Origin: a virus
Length of the DNA: 64,000 nucleotides
Reading direction: 5' to 3' (one strand)
Virus record (IMG/VR): IMGVR_UViG_3300004807_000018
Coordinates: 18,170 to 82,169 of that record
Each line of letters begins with the position of its first letter. The first letter of the stretch is position 1. Both the position numbers and the translations under genes were made by a program. Positions 1 to 7,197 of this stretch are shown one piece after another. The notes below the pieces were generated by a model. The model was not told where the DNA came from. It ran no database searches and was given only the letters and a program-made list of their open reading frames with translations.

Positions 1-575
1 AGCCTTCGAGGTGCCACCTGTCTTCCGTCCGTCACGTCTGTGACCAGCATCATCGGCCCAGTGAAGTTGAAGTAGAACCGCGACCAGCAAGCCTTGTCGT
101 AGATCCTGCGAGCGCGTACGTCTACAGCCTCTTGTGTCTGAAGCTTAAAGTCGACGACCTCGATCGGCACCGCATGGCCAAAGTATTCGGGGGAACTGCC
201 GTCCGGGAAGTGAGGATTCGTGTCTGGAAGGTTGAAGAAGTTGCACGAATCGACTTTGTAGATGGTCCGTGTGATGAGTCCGGCATCCTGGAAGCCAGCC
301 TTCGAAGCGTTCTCCGCGACAGCCCCACCTGTGACGATGACAACGTTGCCTTCTGCCGCGTCGCGAGCAGTTACGACCGTGCCAGCTTGTACAAATCCAT
401 GCTGGATGACCTGGTCGCCGACCTTCGTCGTTCCGTAGGCAGCGCACCACTGAGGCACCCTTTCCTGCCCATCCATCGCGAGCAAGGTGGGGTGATCAAT
501 CTCGAAGATGGCCAGGTTGTTGTAGGGTGGACGCTTTTGCTCAAGCATCCGCAGTACGCCGGTGGGAGTAGGCAT
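1..575 (-). CDS. Tail-tip/baseplate-hub-like protein, runs off the left edge of the window
   Basis: Not in the ORF track. ATG at 575 overlaps the stop of the upstream gene (TAATG). Open to position 1: MPTPTGVLRMLEQKRPPYNNLAIFEID...RARRIYDKACWSRFYFNFTGP. Lies downstream of the tape measure gene. Confidence 0.6.
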   Translation of the reverse strand, partial: MPTPTGVLRMLEQKRPPYNNLAIFEIDHPTLLAMDGQERVPQWCAAYGTTKVGDQVIQHGFVQAGTVVTARDAAEGNVVIVTGGAVAENASKAGFQDAGLITRTIYKVDSCNFFNLPDTNPHFPDGSSPEYFGHAVPIEVVDFKLQTQEAVDVRARRIYDKACWSRFYFNFTGPMMLVTDVTDGRQVAPRR

Positions 576-2599
576 TAGCTTGCCGCCTCGTCAAAAAGCA
601 TGTAGCCGCCCGTGAAGTCGGCGCACATCTCAGACATGATGTCGATCATCTGGGTGCCGAACTCAGCGACGTATGCGTCGCCGTCTGCCGAGAACAGTTG
701 AACGTCGAGGTCTGGCACATCGACCATCCATGAGGGGTAGATCGTCGAAGCGCAGATCCGAATGACGTCGGTCGCCTTGAATGGCTGGCCCGTGACCGGA
801 TTGGTCCACGTCCTGAAGTTCGGCACTCGCACCTGTGCAGCCCTTGACCACTCGCCGTCGCATTGAAGGGTGTATTCGCTCCAGTCGGTCGCCGGGTACA
901 CCTGGAACGGGCTTGAGCGGTGGATCTTGCGCGAAGCTGTACGGATGTAGCCACGGAACAGGCACGCAACGTTGCCATGCGAGTCGTACGTCGTCCAGAT
1001 TGCGATTGGCAGGCGGTTGACTTCCTGGATGTACTGGAGTTCGTTCAGGTAGTCAGCCACCACCACCGTGGCGCTCTCGGCACCAGGATCGGCTTGCTGA
1101 GGGGTGATCGTAATCGACTCGACAGCGTTTTTGAGAAGTGCTGGCAGGCTGCCCCGGGCAGAAGGAATCGTGACGGGGGTAACCGGACTCGCGCCGGCGT
1201 AAACAACCGTGCGATCGACTTCGTAGCCCGTGATCGTCGGAGTTTGAGAGAAGTCGGAGTTCGAATTAAGCGTGAACTCCAGTTGAATGTATCGCTGGCC
1301 GACTCCGGAGATCGTCGTGGGCACAAAGGAGATCGTTGCGACCTGGCCTGTCTTTGTGTTGGTCGTCGTCAGTCCCGAATTGACGGCGAGCATTGTGCCG
1401 TTCTCGTCGTAGGCTTTGACGTTCCAAGACGTACCGGATGGAAGGACGCCCGAAAGGTACACATAGATCGGCTCGTCGGTCGTGATCGCGTGCTGGAAGC
1501 ACAGGTAGTCGTCGCGAATGGTCGCGCTTGCGTAATAGATATGGCGCGAAACCTGGATAGATGCTCTGCAGTCGCGAGCAAGATCTACTCGAATCGGAAC
1601 CTTGGTCGTCGGCTGGTCCGAGAGGCGCGGAACGTTGTAGGTCGGCACGTCTCCAGTCGCAGTCTTGATCGCCGCGTGAGCTAGGCCCACCATGGCGTCG
1701 ATGGTGCCGTAATGGCCGGGAGTGACCGTCCAACCCGCCTGGTTGAACGTGATACGGTCACCCTGGTAGTTCTCGTGGGCGTCCTGCCACATTCGCGACT
1801 TGACGCAGATTCGTTCAACTCCCCATGAGACAGCGTTGGCGTTATAGCGCCAGGGGAAGCTAAACCGCTTCTTCCACGTTTGGTTGTTGAGCAGCTCGTA
1901 AACGTAGGCCTTTCCGTCGCCTCGAATCTTGGCGCAGTAGTCGCCCGTGCCAAGAAGGCCAGAATCGTTGACCGCTGCCTGATCGGATCCCGCAGGACCC
2001 ATAAAGTAAAGGTTCGCTAGTGTGGACCTAGGCGAGATCGCCGATCCAGGAGCGATAAACAGGAACGTGATATCGTCCCACGGGTTCACCGCGGACGTTG
2101 AGGAAACCAACACTCGGTCAAGCGGGACAAGGTCCTCTGAAGGGTTAGGGCCAGGAAACGCCGCCTGGTCGCTCGACATCGCATTGTTGCCCCAGTTGGT
2201 CTCAGACGTCGGGTAGCGTGCCGTGAGGTACGGTGCGCCCGTTGTCTGTACGCCCGAGCCGTACGACATCCCAGGGATCGTCTCCTGCGTGAATGCCGGA
2301 GCTTCGAACATGTAGCTCCCAGCCGACGCGTTGCCCGCAGCGGGAGTGAGCACGCCTGACTGAGCAGCAGTCAGCCACGTCGCGGATCCTGGGTCAAGCT
2401 GGTAGGAAGCAATTTGCCAGCCAATTCGAGGAGCCAGAATCGCGTCACTGATGACTGCGGCATTCGAGTGGCACATCTGGTCCGCATCGCGCTGAATGCT
2501 CACCCACGGCTGTAGAGTGCCCGGAAGGTAGTCACCAAACACGACGTAGGTCGTGCGATCGGCAAAGGTGCCAATGGGGGACACAAGAGGCGTTGGCAT
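575..2599 (-). CDS. Minor tail / tail-tip protein (674 aa)
   Basis: Long beta-rich, T/S/G-rich ORF; first late-operon gene after the tape measure gene and the moron. Confidence 0.6.
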   Translation of the reverse strand: MPTPLVSPIGTFADRTTYVVFGDYLPGTLQPWVSIQRDADQMCHSNAAVISDAILAPRIGWQIASYQLDPGSATWLTAAQSGVLTPAAGNASAGSYMFEAPAFTQETIPGMSYGSGVQTTGAPYLTARYPTSETNWGNNAMSSDQAAFPGPNPSEDLVPLDRVLVSSTSAVNPWDDITFLFIAPGSAISPRSTLANLYFMGPAGSDQAAVNDSGLLGTGDYCAKIRGDGKAYVYELLNNQTWKKRFSFPWRYNANAVSWGVERICVKSRMWQDAHENYQGDRITFNQAGWTVTPGHYGTIDAMVGLAHAAIKTATGDVPTYNVPRLSDQPTTKVPIRVDLARDCRASIQVSRHIYYASATIRDDYLCFQHAITTDEPIYVYLSGVLPSGTSWNVKAYDENGTMLAVNSGLTTTNTKTGQVATISFVPTTISGVGQRYIQLEFTLNSNSDFSQTPTITGYEVDRTVVYAGASPVTPVTIPSARGSLPALLKNAVESITITPQQADPGAESATVVVADYLNELQYIQEVNRLPIAIWTTYDSHGNVACLFRGYIRTASRKIHRSSPFQVYPATDWSEYTLQCDGEWSRAAQVRVPNFRTWTNPVTGQPFKATDVIRICASTIYPSWMVDVPDLDVQLFSADGDAYVAEFGTQMIDIMSEMCADFTGGYMLFDEAAS

Positions 2600-2612
2600 G
2601 GCGGTCGAAATG

Positions 2613-2645
2613 AAAAAGGCCCACGCCGTTTAGGGCATGGGCCTT
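2613..2645 (-). terminator. Rho-independent terminator ending the moron transcript
   Basis: Minus strand AAGGCCCATGCC-CTAAAC-GGCGTGGGCCTT followed by TTTCATTT. Confidence 0.7.
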
Positions 2646-2672
2646 GTCGATAGATGTGCGGGCTAGTGGACT

Positions 2673-2852
2673 CTAGTCAAGAATTTCGGATGCCAGAGCG
2701 GCTATCCCTTTCAGGATGAGCGGAGTGTCCGGGTTCGTGGCCCGTCGCTGCGCTTCTCTCATGAGCGCCACCATACGGGGATTGCTTTTGAGCTTTTGGC
2801 AAGCATCCTGATATGCGGCTTCGGACATCGGCTCCAAACTAATACTGTTCAT
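2673..2852 (-). CDS. Small hypothetical protein (59 aa)
   Basis: Hand-translated MNSISLEPMSEAAYQDACQKLKSNPRMVALMRE...EILD*; fills the gap before the terminator. Confidence 0.45.
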   Translation of the reverse strand: MNSISLEPMSEAAYQDACQKLKSNPRMVALMREAQRRATNPDTPLILKGIAALASEILD

Positions 2853-2891
2853 CGGGGTCTCGTCAGGGTCTTTTGATCGTCCGATTAGGAT

Positions 2892-3413
2892 CTATGAATT
2901 CTTGATAACGTAGATCCTCGCCGCGTTAACAGACTTTCTAAGCTTCCGGTTTTCCTCGGTAAGTTCGCTAATTCGATCTGCCAAGCGGTTGTTTTCTTTT
3001 ATGACGTCGAGATAAAGCGCGTGCGAACTATCAAGATCAAACATGATGTCCCGAGCGATATTTGACCCATCAGCTTCGCCTGTGGCGACTCCTTCCACCT
3101 CTCTGGCTGGAATCGTCTCACACTTTTCATTAGTTTCGCTGTATCCCGCCAATCGGATCCATAATGCGATTTTCTCGGGGTTTGGTAAGGATTCTAAGCT
3201 GTGAAATCGACGCCACAAAGAATCTTGTAACCTGTGAAGTCGACGATAAAGACTTGGGCTAGTCCAGTATTCAAGGACTGCAGATTTGATTGTTGTGTAT
3301 TCAGATTTAGGGATTTTTCCGGAGTAGCTCGCAAACACAAAAGAAGCTTCTTCGTCCAAGCTCCTAAATTGGCGACGGTTGAACTGAGTGTCATGGTAGT
3401 TGATTCTTAGCAT
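2892..3413 (-). CDS. Hypothetical moron protein with C-terminal coiled coil
   Basis: 173-aa ORF in visibly AT-richer DNA; ENNRLADRISELTEENRKLRK heptads. Confidence 0.6.
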   Translation of the reverse strand: MLRINYHDTQFNRRQFRSLDEEASFVFASYSGKIPKSEYTTIKSAVLEYWTSPSLYRRLHRLQDSLWRRFHSLESLPNPEKIALWIRLAGYSETNEKCETIPAREVEGVATGEADGSNIARDIMFDLDSSHALYLDVIKENNRLADRISELTEENRKLRKSVNAARIYVIKNS

Positions 3414-3686
3414 ACTAATCGCATCCCGTTGCTTATCCCGTCCATCGTCTCTCCCTGCTCGCTGGCCGCGCTGTTATCATAAAAAAGGCTTATCGGAAAG
3501 GTTCCCGCGCCTTCTTGAGGACTTGTGACGACCTTATCGACGGCGCACCCTTTCTTCGCTCCGCACGATAAGCAAACGTTATGAAACACCGCTTTTAACC
3601 AGTTCATAGGAGTCTCCATGCGCCAAGCGTTTTCGTGCGCTTCGCGCGGTCGCCCTAAAGGGCTGAAATCTGAGGATTGGCTTTGC

Positions 3687-3719
3687 CGCCCTTCACTTCT
3701 AGTCCAGAAGTGAAGGGCG
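3687..3719. repeat. 14-bp inverted repeat (hairpin) after paralog B
   Basis: CGCCCTTCACTTCT-agtcc-AGAAGTGAAGGGCG; no clear U-tract. Confidence 0.75.
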
Positions 3720-3728
3720 TCTAGCAGA

Positions 3729-4178
3729 CTACGAGAAGGGCAAAACTTCGACTTCGAGCGCGTTCCGCGCGTCCGTGGCTACGTCCACCCTGCACGGGTA
3801 GCCAGGCGGATACCCGGCGACTGAAAGCCAGCCTTCGACAAGTTGTCCAGGGATGTCAGCCCCGATGCACTCTTCGAGCAAGTAGCCCTTGCGAGCCGTG
3901 AGGGTGAAATGTCCACCGTACGACAGATCGCGCAGCGTCCAGTTGTGGACCTTCCGGTCGTCAAACCAAACCTCAAGGGTCGCTTCTGTCTGGCTTACGT
4001 CGACATGCCCTTCGAGTCTGATCTTCGACTGGTCGAATCTGTAGGTTCGGTCAAGAACTCGACTCAGCGATGCCTGGACTTCAGGGAACCGCACGAGGTC
4101 GATCTCGTTGCCCCGTGCGGGGCGATGACAATTCACATATGGGCTCGAGATTTTCTTTCTCGGCTTTTTCTCGCTCAC
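3729..4178 (-). CDS. Unknown protein, paralog B of 5590..6039
   Basis: 149 aa; shares EIDL..[FY]PE.QASL.R.L..TY.F, LEVWF..R.VH.W.L.DL.YGG.F and WL.V.GYP.GYPCR.DV with 5590..6039. Confidence 0.8.
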   Translation of the reverse strand: MSEKKPRKKISSPYVNCHRPARGNEIDLVRFPEVQASLSRVLDRTYRFDQSKIRLEGHVDVSQTEATLEVWFDDRKVHNWTLRDLSYGGHFTLTARKGYLLEECIGADIPGQLVEGWLSVAGYPPGYPCRVDVATDARNALEVEVLPFS

Positions 4179-4232
4179 GTAATATCTCCTTCAACAGGTA
4201 CCTTCCTGTTGGTGAGATTAGTATACAAACTT

Positions 4233-5063
4233 CTACTTGTTTTGGAGTCCGATTTCAACGGCGTCTTTCTCTGACCACTTCTTCTGCAGCCAGATGAGGC
4301 CCTTGCCCGTAACAAGGGTTCGGCAGTAAACGTGCGTTTCACCTGTCTTAGCGTGCTTGTAGGACTTTTCCACAACCCGGAAGTAGCCACGCTCCACATA
4401 CTCTTGCTTCGGCACCCAAGAGCGCCCTTCCATCATCACGATGCCTTGCGCCTGAAGGAACTTCCACAACCGCTGCTCGCCGGTCTTCAGCACCTTGGCA
4501 ACCTCGTTAACCACCTGAGCCTCGACTGCGCCCGCTACGTGGTCATGGAACTCCACGACAGGAGCAAGCGCCTTCATCTTCATCTCTAGCGCCTCTTTGG
4601 CCTCCAGTTCGGCGGCATAAGCTCGCAGCGCCTCAGGCAGAGACTTCGGCAGATCGGTCTTGAGCTCCGCCTCACGGGTCTTAATCGCGAAGTAGGTTTG
4701 AGCGGCTGCAATCTCGGGCTTGCGAGGATCGCCGTTCATCGCCACGAGGTAAGCAGCGTAGCGGGTCAGGTGGAAATCGGCTACGGGTATCTGTATCCCG
4801 CCGTGTCGATTGCGACTGTCCTTGATTTTCGTGGCGTCACGAAAAGCTAGAACTACATCTTGTCCAACGTTCGAGGCGGCTGCCCTTGCGCGGTCGATGC
4901 TCTCGGAGAAGTTTTCCCACCGGTCGTACCCAAGAATGGGCATCAAGTCTCGAGCGCTCCAATACTCGGAGCCGTCTTCTCGCACTTTCCGAATCAAGTC
5001 AAACGGAGACGTAATGGCGGAGGATTGACCTCCTGTGGCAAGATAGGTTTCTTTTGTGTTCAT
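4233..5063 (-). CDS. ant: Phage antirepressor: DinD/Bro-N-like N-terminal domain plus ANT/KilA-C C-terminal domain
   Basis: EYWSARDLMPILGYDRWENF...FHLTRYAAYLVAMNGDPRKPEIAAAQTYFA (DinD-like); LPKSLPEALRAYA linker; PKQEYVERGYF...TLVTGKGLIWL (KilA-C). Start at ATG 5063 with GAGGGG SD. Confidence 0.9.
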   Translation of the reverse strand: MNTKETYLATGGQSSAITSPFDLIRKVREDGSEYWSARDLMPILGYDRWENFSESIDRARAAASNVGQDVVLAFRDATKIKDSRNRHGGIQIPVADFHLTRYAAYLVAMNGDPRKPEIAAAQTYFAIKTREAELKTDLPKSLPEALRAYAAELEAKEALEMKMKALAPVVEFHDHVAGAVEAQVVNEVAKVLKTGEQRLWKFLQAQGIVMMEGRSWVPKQEYVERGYFRVVEKSYKHAKTGETHVYCRTLVTGKGLIWLQKKWSEKDAVEIGLQNK

Positions 5064-5178
5064 GGCTGTTACCCCCTCGTACGGGTATTGGCTCACGGGC
5101 GGTGGTAACGACACCGCCCGCTTTGTTCTAGAACCAGGGCCGAGCCTAGGCCCAAATCATGAGTGCTCGTTAAAAGGC

Positions 5179-5621
5179 GCTACGTCGATCGACATGCAAT
5201 TTCGTGCTCCCCGATATTGGGGACCTCAAATCTTCATAGTCGACGCTCAGGACGTACTCGGTTCTGACTCCTCGATTTCCCGCTCCCCGATTTTGGGGAG
5301 CGGTGTCCTCATATGTCGCATAGCCAGCGCCGTCCACAAAACCGTATTGATGGAACCGATCTCGTGGCGAACGATTGCCGAGTTTAAGATGTGATTGCTC
5401 AAAATTGTCCTCGCAAATAGAACGACAAAAATGCCCAAAAGGGGCACCAGATCATTTTCCCGGCGCCGGGAAAATGATCTGGTGCCAGTCGCCGAGCCTG
5501 TCCGTGGCGGATCATCTTGCTGGTGTCAGCAAGATGATCGCCATCCTCGATGACCAAGTCTTTCGCGTGTGTGTTCATCGTCGTCAGCGCTAGTTGAAGG
5601 GAGCTACGTCGATCGACATGC
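5179..5621. repeat. Palindrome array bracketed by 19-bp direct repeats
   Basis: DR GCTACGTCGATCGACATGC at 5179-5197 and 5603-5621. Hairpins at 5199-5231, 5280-5303, 5405-5428 (weak), 5443-5486 (perfect 44 bp) and 5510-5539. Confidence 0.9.
5200..5364 (-). pseudogene. AntA/AntB antirepressor-like fragment without an upstream start codon
   Basis: Hand translation RDRFHQYGFVDGAGYATYEDTAPQNRGAGNRGVRTEYVLSVDYEDLRSPISGSTK resembles the AntA pattern RI..YGF.EG.DY...(variable)...EY.L(T/S).D. Confidence 0.6.
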
Positions 5622-6039
5622 CGTTCTTGGCGTCTACAGACACGTCGATTCGGCAGGGATAACCTGCGGGATATCCCGACACTTCTAGCCACTCATTGGC
5701 GAATCGGTCTGGCAGATTGCGCTTTGCGCTTGCATCTAGCGACCTTCCGGGGCGAGCGATCACGACAAAGTCGCCACCGTAAGCGAGGTCCTTTAGGTTC
5801 CAGTAGTGGACTCTTCTTTCTCCAAACCAGACTTCAAGATCGGCTTCGGTTTCGCCAGGGTTGACGATCCCGCTGATCTTCAAATCGTCAAGATTGAATC
5901 CGTAGGTCTTTTCCAAGATTCGCTTTAGCGATGCTTGTGCCTCTGGATAATGGGCAAGGTCAATTTCTCCGACCGTGACCGGGCGTCCGATTTTGACGAA
6001 AGGACTAATACTCTTTGCCTTGGCTGTTACACTCTTCAT
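5590..6039 (-). CDS. Unknown protein, paralog A of 3729..4178
   Basis: 149 aa from ATG 6039 (MKSVTAK...), same length as paralog B and colinear with it. Confidence 0.8.
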   Translation of the reverse strand: MKSVTAKAKSISPFVKIGRPVTVGEIDLAHYPEAQASLKRILEKTYGFNLDDLKISGIVNPGETEADLEVWFGERRVHYWNLKDLAYGGDFVVIARPGRSLDASAKRNLPDRFANEWLEVSGYPAGYPCRIDVSVDAKNGMSIDVAPFN

Positions 6040-6118
6040 GTGCTTGCGCTCAGTTCGCAGGCATCGCGCCTCGGGATGGTCGAGCATCGCCGGGGCTTTT
6101 CTTTGCCTGACTGATCGT

Positions 6119-6156
6119 ATTATACACGTATATAAACGTATTCATGCGTGTATAAT
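6119..6156. promoter_or_regulatory. Divergent promoter/operator between paralog A and the RHH gene
   Basis: Inverted repeat ATTATACACG...CGTGTATAAT gives a TATAAT on each strand in an AT-rich gap. Confidence 0.55.
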
Positions 6157-6384
6157 GCTTTTATGAGCGATATGACGCTAAAATCATCCATGCCTCGGAA
6201 GGCCACGGGAATCAAGCGAAAGCCAGTCACTGTCACCCTAGACACGGACACAAGAACCAAGCTTGAATTTGTCGCCTCCGAATACGGGTATAGCTTGAGT
6301 CTGTTCCTTGAACGAGCCGGCTTGTGGTACGCCAAAGAGATCGAAAAGGACCCTTCTAAACTGCGCCAGCCTGCGGAAGACTGA
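6148..6384 (+). CDS. Ribbon-helix-helix (CopG/Arc-like) regulator
   Basis: RKPVTVTLDTDTRTKLEFVASEYGYSLSLFLE; true start probably ATG 6163 or 6190. Confidence 0.7.
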   Translation: MYNAFMSDMTLKSSMPRKATGIKRKPVTVTLDTDTRTKLEFVASEYGYSLSLFLERAGLWYAKEIEKDPSKLRQPAED

Positions 6385-6405
6385 CTCGTGGCGTAAAATG
6401 CCGTC

Positions 6406-7197
6406 GTGCTTCAACAAGCAAAGTACTGCGCTCGTTGCCGTTCTGCATGCCATCCATCAATGGCTTTTTGTCCTCAGTGCGGGCAACCTTTCGCGGTTGC
6501 GCAACCGACCTATGCGCCGGTCCAGCCTGCAGCAGCGATTCCACGAACGACCAAAGATCCGGTCGAGTGGAGGTTGTCTGTCGTGTGGCACTGGATCTTT
6601 CTCACGATTGCCACTCTTGCGGCTATCGTGACACTTCAGTACGTCTGCGGGACTTTTCAGGCGTTCTACGCTGAGCGATCGACCGGTGTCAGCAATTCGT
6701 TTGCTGACTGGTTCATCTCAAGAATGGCTTGGATCGCAGCGCTTGGTTTCGTGGTCTCATGCGCGGCTGTCACCTTCATAGGCACGCGCCTAAGGCGACT
6801 CTACGTCTATGAAGCGCCTTATTATTCGGAGTGGAAGAACGCTTTCTGCGGCTACGCTTTTGCGCTCTTTGTGTTTGTTGTTGGAGACGGCCTGCTGACC
6901 CACACCCTTGGAGGCCTTACCCCTTCCTCTGATGGTCAAGGATTCAAACAGGGAATGTCCGAACAAGAAGTGATGAGGGCATTTCCAGATCAGTCGCTCA
7001 CGCCTCGCTCGTATCCTCCAAACAGCCAGATCGAAACCTACGGCGTGTTTGTTGGAACTGGAGACGAGTCGATCGCGGCTGACCTATCGTCGAAGAAGAC
7101 TGCCATGTTTGTGTTTTCTCAAGGGCGTCTTGTTTCAGAGTCGGTTTGCACCTTTACTGACGGCTCAAATATGCCTACCGTCGAACGAGTCTTTTAG
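6406..7197 (+). CDS. Zinc-ribbon membrane protein (moron; possible superinfection exclusion)
   Basis: N-terminal CxxC...FCPQCG; three hydrophobic segments; C-terminal FKQGMSEQEV (SmpA/BamE-like start). Oriented opposite to the late operon. Confidence 0.65.
   Translation: MLQQAKYCARCRSACHPSMAFCPQCGQPFAVAQPTYAPVQPAAAIPRTTKDPVEWRLSVVWHWIFLTIATLAAIVTLQYVCGTFQAFYAERSTGVSNSFADWFISRMAWIAALGFVVSCAAVTFIGTRLRRLYVYEAPYYSEWKNAFCGYAFALFVFVVGDGLLTHTLGGLTPSSDGQGFKQGMSEQEVMRAFPDQSLTPRSYPPNSQIETYGVFVGTGDESIAADLSSKKTAMFVFSQGRLVSESVCTFTDGSNMPTVERVF

Noticed and set aside
5179-5621. CRISPR array or diversity-generating retroelement
   Set aside because: Units are not identical repeats with regular spacers; no cas genes, reverse transcriptase or adenine-specific TR/VR pair were seen in the window.
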